Below are positions 39,665 to 49,937 of a DNA stretch of 64,000 bases, piece by piece. Source of the DNA: Candidatus Auribacterota bacterium (GTDB lineage: Bacteria; Auribacterota; JAFGBW01; JAFGJP01); assembly GCA_023144635.1 (NCBI GenBank), contig JAGLFH010000030.1, positions 18,386 through 82,385 on the forward strand, read 5' to 3'. The notes below the pieces were generated by a model. It was not told the DNA's origin. It saw nothing but the letters and a program-made list of their open reading frames with translations, and made no database searches. Each line of letters opens with the position of its first letter. Positions within the stretch are counted from its first letter, which is position 1. The position numbers were made by a program, and so were the translations under genes.

Positions 39665-42373
39665 ATGGAACTGGAATTAACGCCCGAAGAACGACAAGAG
39701 TTAAAATTAGAGTTTCTGTCTGAAGCAGAAGCCCATCTGAATGTTCTCAATGAAAATCTTCTTTATGTAGAAGAGTGCCTGAAAAATAATGAAGCTGTTG
39801 CCGATGAAAAGATCAATGCTATGTTTCGGGCTGCACATACGGTCAAGGGAGTATCTTCCACATTAAGCTATCATAAGATCAGCCGGCTGACCCATATTAT
39901 GGAAAATTTGATGGATAAAGTCCGCAAGAAAGAGGTGGACTTTAGTCAGGATATTATTGATGTTCTTTTTTCTTCTTTTGATATTCTGGAAAAAATAATA
40001 ACACAACTTCGTGAAGTAGACAGCGAAGAAGAGGATATTGAAGAACCAGTTAAAAAGTTAAATGAAGTTTTGGATAAGGCGTCTGCAAAAGAAAAAACAG
40101 AGGATGCCTTTGTTGAAGAAGAAGAGGAAGAAGAGAAGAAAACAGAGTTTGATCCTTCCAAATATATGCAGATGTTTATAGATGATTCTTTATATGATAT
40201 TGAGCAGTTTAATGAGAAGATGATAGCTTTTGAATCTGATCATAGCAATAAAGATCTTCTTAATGAACTGTTTCGTCTCATGCACACACTTAAGGCTTCA
40301 GCCGGAACAATAGGGCAGCAAAAAATACAAAAAATTGCTCATGCTATGGAAGAAATTCTTTCTTTATTGCGTGAGGGAAAGGCACAGATTAATGAGGAAC
40401 GGACATCTATACTTCTTGCGGGAGTTGATATCATAAAAAGTATTATCATGAATATTGTGAATAATGTTCAAGAGGAAGTGGACATTGATGATATCCTTGA
40501 TTCTCTTATTAAAAACAAGAAAAATCTCCTTGGTGAGCCGGCTTCTCAGGCCATAATATTTGAAGAAAGAATCTTGGAAATCAAGCAGCTTTCAAAAGAA
40601 GATAAAGATCAGCTTAAGCTCATGCTTGAAGAGGAAAAAGATATTTTTGAAGTTTCTTTCATTATTGATACATCTATTCAGATGAAGCCTGCAAAACTGG
40701 TTCTTGCTGAGGAAAGACTGAAAAAGGAAGGCATGCTGATCAGTTTGTATCCTGCCAGCGATATTGTGCCGGATGATTATAAAAAAGAGATACATGTGAG
40801 CTTCTTTTATGCGTCGGTTATTAATGAAAAAGATATTCATAAAAAACTTTTGCTTGACGGCATAAAAAATATTGAGATTATCCGTAAAGATATAGCGGAT
40901 TTAAAAAAATCGTTGGAAGAGAAAATAAAAGCAAAAACAGAGGATCCAAAAGACAAAACTAAAAAAGTGCCAGAGAAAAAAACATCTGCAAAAACTCCTG
41001 TTATGCAGGAAATGTCAACTGTCAGGATTGATGTTAGAAAGCTGGATGATCTGCTTAATCTGGCTGGTGAACTTGTTATAACACGGGCACGTTTTGCGCA
41101 GATGGTACAGGGCTTTTATCATACGGTCAATGAAGGAAATGAAGTTTTTACAAAGATTGAAAATATAAAAGCCATGATGCAGAATAATCAAAAGCAAATC
41201 CAGCTTATGTTGGGGCAGAAAACACAGTTCGCTGTTATTGAAAAAATGGAAAAAGTTTTTTCAGATTTTGATATGCTTATGGAATGGCTGGAAGAGAAGA
41301 GCACTGCTCATCAGTTTAAAAGTTATATTCGTGAACTGGATGAGATAACCGGAGGATTGGGTAAGCTATCAAGCGATATCCAGAGTGGTGTTATGCAGAC
41401 ACGCATGATTCCGGTGGAAGGCGTCTTTAACCGTTTCAAAAGGGTTGTTCGCGATCTTTCCAAAGATCTCAATAAGAAGATCCAGCTTGTTATTGAAGGT
41501 GAAGAGACAGAACTGGATAAAAAAGTCATTGATTCTCTGGGTGATCCTTTGACCCATATTGTACGCAATGCCGTTGACCATGGAATAGAGAATCCTCAGA
41601 AGAGGAAAGAACAGGGTAAACCGGAAATAGCTACAGTTGTTCTTCGCGCTTATCATAGCGGCAACAATATTTGTATTGAAGTCAAAGATGATGGCGGTGG
41701 CATTGACAGTAAAAAGATTTCTGAAAAAGCCATAGAAAAAGAGATGGTTACTCAAGAAGCTTTAGAAAAAATGAGTGAAAAGGAAATCCTGAATTTGCTT
41801 TTTTTGCCGGGTTTCAGCACAGCAGAAAAGGTTACAGGGGTATCCGGACGCGGTGTAGGAATGGATGTGGTCATAAAAATGATCGAATCTATTAAGGGGG
41901 CTATAGATATTAAGACCACTCTAGGAGAAGGAACCGTTTTTACTTTAAAAATCCCTCTAACACTGGCGATCATTCAGGCCCTTCTTGTGGATATAGCTGG
42001 TGAAAAATATGCTATTCCCATTGAATCCGTTGTGGAAATATTCAAAATATCACAAAAAGATATTTATTCTATTGATGGAAAACCTACAGTAAAAATACGC
42101 AATAATCCCATAGGGCTCCTGGAACTTTCTGATATTATTGGTATTGCGAACAGTCGGAATAGGGCTTCAAAGATTAGAAAAGTGGTTCTTATCAGCGATG
42201 GTGAAAACAAGATCGGTATAAGCGTTGATGAGCTTATAGGGGAAGATGAGATTGTCATTAAATCACTTTCAAAGCATTTTGAGGCAGTAAAAGGGATTTC
42301 TGGAGCATCCATACAGGGCGATGGCTCTATAGCACTTATTTTAGATCCACCAGGTATTATACGGAAAATATAA
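39665..42373 (+). CDS. cheA: Chemotaxis histidine kinase CheA with two Hpt domains
   Basis: FRAAHTVKG and FRLMHTLKA Hpt motifs, LDDLLNLAGELVI, HIVRNAVDHGIE, FLPGFSTA, SGRGVGMDVV, C-terminal CheW-like domain. Confidence 0.95.
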   Translation: MELELTPEERQELKLEFLSEAEAHLNVLNENLLYVEECLKNNEAVADEKINAMFRAAHTVKGVSSTLSYHKISRLTHIMENLMDKVRKKEVDFSQDIIDVLFSSFDILEKIITQLREVDSEEEDIEEPVKKLNEVLDKASAKEKTEDAFVEEEEEEEKKTEFDPSKYMQMFIDDSLYDIEQFNEKMIAFESDHSNKDLLNELFRLMHTLKASAGTIGQQKIQKIAHAMEEILSLLREGKAQINEERTSILLAGVDIIKSIIMNIVNNVQEEVDIDDILDSLIKNKKNLLGEPASQAIIFEERILEIKQLSKEDKDQLKLMLEEEKDIFEVSFIIDTSIQMKPAKLVLAEERLKKEGMLISLYPASDIVPDDYKKEIHVSFFYASVINEKDIHKKLLLDGIKNIEIIRKDIADLKKSLEEKIKAKTEDPKDKTKKVPEKKTSAKTPVMQEMSTVRIDVRKLDDLLNLAGELVITRARFAQMVQGFYHTVNEGNEVFTKIENIKAMMQNNQKQIQLMLGQKTQFAVIEKMEKVFSDFDMLMEWLEEKSTAHQFKSYIRELDEITGGLGKLSSDIQSGVMQTRMIPVEGVFNRFKRVVRDLSKDLNKKIQLVIEGEETELDKKVIDSLGDPLTHIVRNAVDHGIENPQKRKEQGKPEIATVVLRAYHSGNNICIEVKDDGGGIDSKKISEKAIEKEMVTQEALEKMSEKEILNLLFLPGFSTAEKVTGVSGRGVGMDVVIKMIESIKGAIDIKTTLGEGTVFTLKIPLTLAIIQALLVDIAGEKYAIPIESVVEIFKISQKDIYSIDGKPTVKIRNNPIGLLELSDIIGIANSRNRASKIRKVVLISDGENKIGISVDELIGEDEIVIKSLSKHFEAVKGISGASIQGDGSIALILDPPGIIRKI

Positions 42374-42376
42374 GAT

Positions 42377-42874
42377 ATGAATGACGAAAAACAACCTCAG
42401 ATTCTTTTTGCTGGAATGGCAGATATTGTGGTAGGCCAGGCTTCTGCTGTTATCAAGACCAATCTGGGATCATGCGTAGCAGTCTGTCTGTATGATGCGG
42501 GAAAAAAAGCCGGAGGTTTGCTTCACTGCATGCTTCCTAAGTATCAGCAGTTTAAGAATACAAGCAACAGCGGTAAAAAGGAAAAGTATGCGGATACAGG
42601 CATAGAGGAGCTTATAAAACGGTTGAAAACCACTTTTCAAACTGATGAAAAGAATCTTGTGGCTAAGATATTTGGAGGAGCAAAAGTACTGAAACTGATC
42701 AGTAAAAATATTGGGGACGAAAATGTTTCTTCTGTAAAAGAGACACTCAAGAAAAAAAATATCCGTATTGTTGCTGCAAAAACCGGAGGGCAGAAGGGAT
42801 ATAAGATAGACTTTCAATTGCAAACAGGTACAGTCATATGCCAGGTATTTGGCGAAAAAAAAGAGGTGTTTTAA
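42377..42874 (+). CDS. cheD: Chemoreceptor glutamine deamidase CheD
   Basis: LGSCVAVCLYD, HCMLP, KYAD, AKIFGGA. Confidence 0.9.
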   Translation: MNDEKQPQILFAGMADIVVGQASAVIKTNLGSCVAVCLYDAGKKAGGLLHCMLPKYQQFKNTSNSGKKEKYADTGIEELIKRLKTTFQTDEKNLVAKIFGGAKVLKLISKNIGDENVSSVKETLKKKNIRIVAAKTGGQKGYKIDFQLQTGTVICQVFGEKKEVF

Positions 42875-43459
42875 ATGACACAAGCCTTTAATTTAATAGC
42901 AAGAAGGAGTATTGATAAAGCTTCTCAGGTATTGTCAAAAGCTCTCAGGGCTGGCGCCAGGATAGAATGTGTAGAGATAAAGGAAGTGGACATCAGCGAG
43001 ATCACAGAAAGTATTTATCAGGATAATAGATCGGTTATTGGTGCCATTACAGAACTCGTGGGAGATACAAACTTAAGTTTTCTTTTTGTAGCTGATATTA
43101 AAGATGCATTTACGCTGACAGATCTTTTTTTACGAAAACCTGTAGGGACAACAAAAGAATTTAGTATTTATGTAGACAGCACCATTCAGGAGATCGGTAA
43201 TATGATATCCAGCTCTATCTCCAATGTTTTTTCAACAGATTTCAATGTTTCACTGAAACCAACGCCGCCGATAGTTGTAAAAGACTATGAAGGTTCTGTT
43301 TTTTCAGAGTTCGTACTTATAGATGAAAATATTGGAGATAAACTTTTTATTATAGATACACGTTTTTTTATTGTTGCACATGAGATTTCATGCAAGATGT
43401 ATCTGGTTCCAGCTAAAGGAACTTTGGAATCGCTGGAATTTTTTTTTGGTTCGATTTGA
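42875..43459 (+). CDS. cheC: CheC-family phosphatase
   Basis: ASQVLS, QEIGNMISS (ExxN motif), PTPP; follows cheD. Confidence 0.8.
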   Translation: MTQAFNLIARRSIDKASQVLSKALRAGARIECVEIKEVDISEITESIYQDNRSVIGAITELVGDTNLSFLFVADIKDAFTLTDLFLRKPVGTTKEFSIYVDSTIQEIGNMISSSISNVFSTDFNVSLKPTPPIVVKDYEGSVFSEFVLIDENIGDKLFIIDTRFFIVAHEISCKMYLVPAKGTLESLEFFFGSI

Positions 43460-43496
43460 AAACATAGGAAACAAATGTTTTAAAAGGGGTTGATGT

Positions 43497-43865
43497 ATGG
43501 GAAAAAAAATATTACTTGTGGATGATGCTCCGGTTATACGCTTAATGCTAAAAGACATTCTCTCTTTTCATGGCTATACGGTTATTGGCGAGGCCAATAA
43601 TGGGAATGAAGCGGTTAAGCTTTATAAAGAACTCAAACCGGATCTTGTGACCATGGATATTATTATGCCGGAAAAAGATGGTATTGAGGCCCTGAGAGAT
43701 ATTCTTATATCTGATCCGAATGCCCGGGTGGTTATGGTAACAGCCATAGATCAGAGAGAATCGCTTATCAAGGCCATCCGGCTGGGAGCTGTGGATTATA
43801 TTGTTAAACCTTTTGAGGAAGACCGCGTTATTTCAGCTATAAAAAAGGCTTTTGGAGAAGAGTAG
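43497..43865 (+). CDS. cheY: CheY response regulator
   Basis: LVDDA, PDLVTMDIIMPEKDG, VTA, IVKPF. Confidence 0.9.
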   Translation: MGKKILLVDDAPVIRLMLKDILSFHGYTVIGEANNGNEAVKLYKELKPDLVTMDIIMPEKDGIEALRDILISDPNARVVMVTAIDQRESLIKAIRLGAVDYIVKPFEEDRVISAIKKAFGEE

Positions 43866-44740
43866 TGAAGCAAAACAAAGTTATTGAAAAATTGAAAAGT
43901 GTTCATGATTTGCCGACTTTGCCTATTGTTATTCAGAAAGTTCGGGAAACAGTAGCTGATCCTCACAAAAGCATGAAAGAGCTCTCCAATGTTATTAAAG
44001 ATGATCCGGCTATCATGACAAAGATCATGAAAGTCGTGAATTCCTCTTTTTATAGTTTTCAGGACCCTATCACATCTTTACCGCATGCTGTAAGTATTTT
44101 GGGCCAGGATGCCATTCAGAATATTGCCATGAGCCTTACGGTTTTTGATTCTTTTCGTCAAATAAAGGAACCTTCTTTTAGTATCATGGAATTCTGGACC
44201 CATTGCATTAGTGTTGGGCTTGGAGCAAATATTGTTTTTGAAAAAATAGATCCGTCTTTAAAAAAAAATGTAACAAAAGATATGCTGCATCTTGCAGGCA
44301 TTGTTCATGATATAGGCATAATTACTCTTGAGAAGTATTTTCATAAGGAATTCAGAGCTATCCTTAAATATGCTTCACGGGAAAAGATCCCTATTTATGA
44401 AGCAGAGTACAGTATTTTGCAGACAACGCATGAAGAAGTCGGGGCATATTTGGCAGAAAAATGGCTTTTGGGAAAAGAATTTCAGGAGGTTATTCGCTGG
44501 CATCATCATCCTCATCAAGCTAGTGAGAACTATTCTACATTGGTATCAGTTATTCATATTGCGGATTATATTTGCAATTTTCAGAATATTGGTTTTGGCA
44601 AAAATCTGGAAGTTCCAGTTTTTTACAAAGATATCTGGAAAACACTTGGATTGGAAGTCAGTCAAATTCCGGAAATTGATAAAAGTATTAGAACAGAAGC
44701 GAAAAAGTCGGAAATTCTTCTTGCTTTATTAAAAGCATAA
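43865..44740 (+). CDS. HDOD-domain protein
   Basis: LPTLP, DDPAIMTKIMKVVNS, FWTHC, AGIVHDIG, THEEVGAYLAEKW, IRWHH. Confidence 0.9.
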   Translation: MKQNKVIEKLKSVHDLPTLPIVIQKVRETVADPHKSMKELSNVIKDDPAIMTKIMKVVNSSFYSFQDPITSLPHAVSILGQDAIQNIAMSLTVFDSFRQIKEPSFSIMEFWTHCISVGLGANIVFEKIDPSLKKNVTKDMLHLAGIVHDIGIITLEKYFHKEFRAILKYASREKIPIYEAEYSILQTTHEEVGAYLAEKWLLGKEFQEVIRWHHHPHQASENYSTLVSVIHIADYICNFQNIGFGKNLEVPVFYKDIWKTLGLEVSQIPEIDKSIRTEAKKSEILLALLKA

Positions 44741-44816
44741 AAAGAGAAGATTTCTTGTTAAATAGACAGGTTTATTTTAAAGTATTAACTATATAAAATT
44801 TTTATTGAGAGGTTAA

Positions 44817-45188
44817 ATGAGCAATATTTTAATTGTAGATGATTCTCCTGTTATGCGTATGCTTGTAAAAAAGGGTTTGAAGCAGGCAGGTTATACTTTT
44901 ACTTCTGTTGAGGCCGGAAATGGAGTGGAAGGTTTACAAAAATTCGACGGTAATACTTTTGATCTTGTTCTAACCGACTGGAATATGCCTCAAATGAATG
45001 GTCTTGAATTTGTGAAAGAGATTCGCAAGAGACCGGATGCTCAACATTTACCTATTATTCTTATAACAACAGAAACATCTCCTGAAAAGATCAAGCAGAT
45101 TGTAGATGCCGGGGCCAATGGCTGTGTTTCCAAACCCATAACACCTATAAAATTAAGAGCAAAAATAGATAGTTATATAAAACAATAA
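44817..45188 (+). CDS. Second CheY-like single-domain receiver
   Basis: VDDS, TDWNMPQMNG, ITTE, SKP. Confidence 0.88.
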   Translation: MSNILIVDDSPVMRMLVKKGLKQAGYTFTSVEAGNGVEGLQKFDGNTFDLVLTDWNMPQMNGLEFVKEIRKRPDAQHLPIILITTETSPEKIKQIVDAGANGCVSKPITPIKLRAKIDSYIKQ

Positions 45189-45197
45189 GGCGGCATT

Positions 45198-46208
45198 ATG
45201 GGCTTAGAAAATGTTCTCAATTCAGAGGAAACAATTTATTTCCGGCAAACCTTCTCTAATGTGTTACAAATGGTAGGGCAGGACTTGAATACTTTGCTTC
45301 AAAACGCACTTTCTATGAAAGATATAGTCGTTGATTTTCAATCCAAAGAGCAAGCATCAGAGGAATTTTCAGATGCATTTATAAAATCAGTGAGCCTTTG
45401 GGAGGGAAAATGTTCTTCGCAGGTGGATTTTCTTTTTCGGTCTCGGGATGCCAAGGCATTATCCCAGGTCCTTATGGGTGAATTTAAGGGTATGCCCGGA
45501 GAAGATGAGGAAATGACAAATGAAGATCTGGAAATATTTAAGGAAATATCCAATCAGATAAACGGATCTTTGGACAAAGCTCTCCGAAATGCCTTTAGCT
45601 TTGACTTTCATGCCCTTTTGGGAGATGTTGAAAAGCTGGATCTGCTTCCCATGGAAAAGAGAACAGGTTATTTTTCTCATGAGGGATACCTTATCGTAAA
45701 AAATGAGTTTTCAATAAAAGATTCGGAAAAAACATATTGGGCCCTTTTGATTCCTATGGAAATTATTAGGCAGATCAGCACTCTGCAGAGTGAAAGTATC
45801 GGAGATGAAATACAGGATGAGATTTTTGAAAAAAGAAGATATGCTCTTGTTACAGACGATGATCCAGTTATGAGAAAAATTATGAAAAAATATCTTGAAA
45901 AACTTAATATTACTTCATTGGATGCTGTGGATGGAATGGATGCCATAAAAAAAGCTAAAGATTCACGTTTTGATATAATTTTTTTGGATATTATTATGCC
46001 TAATATGGATGGGATATCAACGCTGAAAAAATTAAAAATCATGTCGGAGACAAGAAATGTTCCTATACTTATGGCTTCAAGCAAGAGTACAAAAGAGGAA
46101 GTTATTAATGCTTTAAAATCAGGTGCCAGTGATTTTTTAGTTAAGCCAATAACATTAAAGGAACTGTTTCTGCGTTTAAAAAGAGTGTTGAGTAGTAAAA
46201 AGTCTTAA
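45198..46208 (+). CDS. CheC/FliY-like domain fused to a receiver domain
   Basis: N-terminal KEISNQING (ExxN) region; C-terminal DDD, LDIIMPNMDG, VKP. Confidence 0.7.
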   Translation: MGLENVLNSEETIYFRQTFSNVLQMVGQDLNTLLQNALSMKDIVVDFQSKEQASEEFSDAFIKSVSLWEGKCSSQVDFLFRSRDAKALSQVLMGEFKGMPGEDEEMTNEDLEIFKEISNQINGSLDKALRNAFSFDFHALLGDVEKLDLLPMEKRTGYFSHEGYLIVKNEFSIKDSEKTYWALLIPMEIIRQISTLQSESIGDEIQDEIFEKRRYALVTDDDPVMRKIMKKYLEKLNITSLDAVDGMDAIKKAKDSRFDIIFLDIIMPNMDGISTLKKLKIMSETRNVPILMASSKSTKEEVINALKSGASDFLVKPITLKELFLRLKRVLSSKKS

Positions 46209-46303
46209 ATAGTAAATTATTATCGGGGCTAGATAAAAGTAAAACCTAATAGATCTATTTATGTGTCGAGCAATAGTGATGTCTGACTAAAAGGAGACAA
46301 AGC

Positions 46304-46699
46304 ATGAAAAATGCCGGAGACATAATGTCAAAAGACATTCTGACAGTTCGTTCAAAAGATTCGATTGCAAAAACAATAGGAATAATGATCGATTATAAAG
46401 TAAGCGGTTTACCTGTTGTGAATGAATATAATGAAGTTATCGGCGTCATTTCAGAAAATGACCTGTTAACCATTCATGAATTATATGAAAATAATACCGG
46501 CTCAGGAATGGATACTCATATTATGACAGTGGATACTTTCATGACACCTAACCCGATTACAATAAAACAGGATATGTCTATAAAAGATGTCTCAAAGATT
46601 CTTGTAGAAAAACGAATAAAACGTTTACCTGTTGTTGACAGCAGCAGAATACTTCTTGGCGTTGTCAGCCGTTCAGATATTTTAAAACTGCTCAGATAA
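46304..46699 (+). CDS. CBS-domain pair protein
   Basis: SGLPVV, GVISENDLL, MTPNPIT, KRLPVVD, GVVSRSDIL. Confidence 0.9.
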   Translation: MKNAGDIMSKDILTVRSKDSIAKTIGIMIDYKVSGLPVVNEYNEVIGVISENDLLTIHELYENNTGSGMDTHIMTVDTFMTPNPITIKQDMSIKDVSKILVEKRIKRLPVVDSSRILLGVVSRSDILKLLR

Positions 46700-46751
46700 T
46701 ACGTCTACGTTATGGTATTACTCTGCTATATTTTGTCAGAAAGGAATAATT

Positions 46752-47177
46752 ATGCCAGATAAAGGCAAAACAGATATTTTGGTTATTGATGATGACCTTG
46801 CCATCAGAAAGACTCTAAGGAATTTTTTAACAAAGGCTGGTTATTCAATAATAACAGCTTCTGATGGAGAAGAGGGAATTGAAAAGATAAAGCAAATGGG
46901 AATTAAAATAATTATTTGTGATATTGTCCTGCCCAAATTAGAGGGAATTGACTTTTTGAAACAGGCTAAAGAGTATAGCTTTATGACAGAGGTCATCATG
47001 ATAACCGGTCATTCTTCAATGGAGCGTTGCGTTGAAGCAATAGAGGCGGGTGCATGTGGTTACTTGAAAAAGCCTTTTGATCTGGAAGAGATTCTTAAAT
47101 ATATAGAAAAGGCGGAAAGAAATATTAATGAACGAATGGATCTTATAAAAGAAGCTATGAAGAAAAAAAATAATTGA
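46752..47177 (+). CDS. Response regulator receiver protein
   Basis: IDDD, CDIVLPKLEG, ITGH, KKPF. Confidence 0.88.
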   Translation: MPDKGKTDILVIDDDLAIRKTLRNFLTKAGYSIITASDGEEGIEKIKQMGIKIIICDIVLPKLEGIDFLKQAKEYSFMTEVIMITGHSSMERCVEAIEAGACGYLKKPFDLEEILKYIEKAERNINERMDLIKEAMKKKNN

Positions 47178-47222
47178 ACGTAAACTATTTATAAAAAGTA
47201 TATTAATTTAAAGGAGAACGGT

Positions 47223-47966
47223 ATGAAACGAATAGAAACATTAGTATCATTAACAATTTTTATTTTTGTGTTGTCTTTTGCTATTTACGGTTATTCCGAG
47301 GAAATAACACTAAATGCAGAAATTCAGAGTAAATATCTTGGAAGAGGCGAACTCCCTACAGACGGTCCTGTTTTTCAGCCATCGATTAATTTTGAGAATA
47401 AGGGTTTTACCATAAATGTATGGGGAAGTATGGATCTTGATGATGTAAATGCTAATAAAAATGAATTTAATGAATTAGACCTTACTTTAGAGTACGCTTG
47501 GAGCTATGAAGAGTTTGATCTTAGTGCAGGATTGATCCTCTATAGCTTTCCGAATACTGTTGCAGAAAATACAGGTGAAGTCTATTTGGGTATTACAGGA
47601 AATTACAAGCTTTCACCTTCTATTACTCTTTTTTATGATTATGAAGAAGGAAATGGTCTATATGCTTCATTTGATATTGGACATAATTCACCGCATTTGA
47701 GAATTTCAGATAATGCAACTTGTGAAGTATGTTTTAATGCAGGAATAGGCTGGGCCGATTCAAATATGACTAATTTCTTGTTTGGTGTAGATGATTCAGC
47801 TTTATCAGATTTCCATGCAGCATTAAAAGTTCCTATAGCACTTTCTGAGAGCTGGACAATAGAGCCTAGCGTTTCAGTTTCTACTTTACTTGACAGTAGC
47901 GTTAAAGATGCTGCTGATAATAACGGAAATGCTTCTATGGGTATAAATGTAAGCTACATATTTTAA
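47223..47966 (+). CDS. Outer-membrane beta-barrel or porin, copy 2 (paralog of 26778-27521)
   Basis: Same length (247 aa) and long shared runs such as ELDLTLEYAWSY, GNYKLSPS and VPIALSESWTIEPSV. Confidence 0.72.
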   Translation: MKRIETLVSLTIFIFVLSFAIYGYSEEITLNAEIQSKYLGRGELPTDGPVFQPSINFENKGFTINVWGSMDLDDVNANKNEFNELDLTLEYAWSYEEFDLSAGLILYSFPNTVAENTGEVYLGITGNYKLSPSITLFYDYEEGNGLYASFDIGHNSPHLRISDNATCEVCFNAGIGWADSNMTNFLFGVDDSALSDFHAALKVPIALSESWTIEPSVSVSTLLDSSVKDAADNNGNASMGINVSYIF

Positions 47967-47989
47967 TTAAAGATTTAATATATTGTATT

Positions 47990-48022
47990 AAAAGGGACAG
48001 GCAAAAAACTGTCCCTTTTTTT
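47990..48022 (+). terminator. Rho-independent terminator
   Basis: AAAAGGGACAG-gcaaaaaa-CTGTCCCTTTT followed by a T-run. Confidence 0.8.
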
Positions 48023-48228
48023 GTTAATAATTAGGTTTGATTTTATAGTTGTTTTAATTAGAACTATCTTTTATCCTATCTGATACATTGTAAATATACG
48101 TTTAGCCTGAATTTTATTGACATTTTATAATACCAATAGACATAATATATATAGTAGCTTTCTTGTTTAGACGAAGCCTTGTGCATAGTCTGAATGCGAA
48201 GGCGGATGTTTCGGGCGAAGATTTTATA

Positions 48229-48285
48229 TCACAGCTCGCGAAGCGCGACCTGTGAAACCACGGACGTGAGTCCGTGGTAATTCAC
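48229..48285 (+). mobile_element. Orphan IS200/IS605-like right end (two hairpins ending in TTCAC)
   Basis: TCACAGCTCGCG-AAG-CGCGACCTGTGA, then ACCACGGAC-GTGA-GTCCGTGGT-AATTCAC; no tnpA or tnpB adjacent. Confidence 0.5.
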
Positions 48286-48311
48286 ATAGGCTTTATTTTA
48301 GGCGGTAGATT

Positions 48312-49928
48312 TTGAAAAAAGTTTTTTTAATACTTTTATTGCTTCTCATAATCGGAAAAGCGACTGCTGGAAAAACAGGATTAGTCGTTACCGGAGAAAA
48401 GATCATTCCTCAGAAAAACACCCGGCCTCCAGAATTTCCTTTTGAGTCTTTTGATGAGAAGAATTTCTATAAAAGATTACTAAAAGATATAAATTCCGTT
48501 TCAGTTTATAGAAGCGGGTTAAAAAAATCATTGGAATATGTGTATTCTAAGCCAGACATATTTCCAGAGTTTGCATTGAACGAACTGAAGATGCTTACGA
48601 AAGACCAGAAGAAAGTCTTAAAAAGCACATGGGGAAGCGTACTTGATTATATTTTTACTCTTGGAATGCTTGAAGAGTATTACAATGATTTTATTCTTAT
48701 AGAGAACAAAAAACAAAACGTGAACGCTTTTCTTGTTGTTTATGCATCTTTTCTTTCACAATACAGGTTTGCAGTGGAGTTCATAGAACAGGCTGAAAAT
48801 AATCCAGGTATAGATATTGTTCTTAATGAGTCTATTGAGGAGCTGGGATTACCAGTTGGGACTTATGACCGTTTTAAAACCCGCTTCTTAAGTGCATCAA
48901 AAGCAGCAGAATTTGTGACTCTGGAAAGTATGTATCTTCAGTTGGATGAAATAGGTGATCTGTTTTTAAGAAGAGCTATTGAGACCGATACACAAAAGAT
49001 TTTGTTTATGGGTAAAGATACTGGTGGGATGCTAACGCTAAAAAATGGCATAAACCTCGTAAAAAAAATCGGGATGGAAGCGTGTTTTCCTCTTCAGAAA
49101 AGTGTTACTGATTGGATAGGGGATACAAAAATATACCGACAGGGTGTTTCACTTATTACTCCTTTACAGGTAGAATCGATTCTACCTCGTCTTCAACCCG
49201 GAGATATTTTGCTTGAAAGGCGTGAATGGTATCTCTCGAATGTAGGTCTTCCTGGCTTTTGGACTCATGCCGCTCTTTATGTTGGAACAATAGAAGAAAG
49301 AAAGGAATTTTTTAGAGACACAGAAGTATCTGAATGGGTAAAAGAAAATGGAATAGAAAGTGGAGATTTTGAAACTCTTCTTTCCCAAAAATGTTCTAAA
49401 TGGTATAGATTAGGGCAACAACCTACTGAAGATGGACATATATTAAGGGTTTTAGAAGCTGTAAGAAGCGGGGTGAATTTTACTACAATTGAACATGCTG
49501 CTGATGTTGATTCGTTTGCTGTTCTCAGGCCTCGTCTCTCTAAAAAAGAAAAAGCAATAGCTATCTTTAGAGGATATAAATATTTAGGAACTCCTTATGA
49601 TTTTTATTTTGAGTTTTTATCAGATACTACGATAGTGTGTACAGAGCTTATTTATAAGGTATATGAACCTGAAGAAGGTTACAACGGCATTAGTTTTCCG
49701 CTTAGGGATGTGATGGGGCGTCTTCTTACAACAGCAAATATGATAGCAGAAAAATTTGATAAAAATTATGGTACAAAAGACCAACAGCTTGATATTGTTC
49801 TTTTCCTTGATGGTTTTGAGGATGAGAATAAGGCATATGAGTTGTCTGTCAATGAGTTTAGAGAAACATGGACACGACCGAAGTGGCATATACTGGTTCA
49901 AGATACCCCACCTATTAATAAACATTAA
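48312..49928 (+). CDS. Exported permuted papain-like NlpC/P60 (YiiX/YebB, peptidase C92-like) protein
   Basis: LQPGDILL, FWTHAALYVG (His), YLGTPYDF, VCTELIYKVY (Cys after His, the permuted order). Confidence 0.78.
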   Translation: MKKVFLILLLLLIIGKATAGKTGLVVTGEKIIPQKNTRPPEFPFESFDEKNFYKRLLKDINSVSVYRSGLKKSLEYVYSKPDIFPEFALNELKMLTKDQKKVLKSTWGSVLDYIFTLGMLEEYYNDFILIENKKQNVNAFLVVYASFLSQYRFAVEFIEQAENNPGIDIVLNESIEELGLPVGTYDRFKTRFLSASKAAEFVTLESMYLQLDEIGDLFLRRAIETDTQKILFMGKDTGGMLTLKNGINLVKKIGMEACFPLQKSVTDWIGDTKIYRQGVSLITPLQVESILPRLQPGDILLERREWYLSNVGLPGFWTHAALYVGTIEERKEFFRDTEVSEWVKENGIESGDFETLLSQKCSKWYRLGQQPTEDGHILRVLEAVRSGVNFTTIEHAADVDSFAVLRPRLSKKEKAIAIFRGYKYLGTPYDFYFEFLSDTTIVCTELIYKVYEPEEGYNGISFPLRDVMGRLLTTANMIAEKFDKNYGTKDQQLDIVLFLDGFEDENKAYELSVNEFRETWTRPKWHILVQDTPPINKH

Positions 49929-49937
49929 AAGTGAAAA

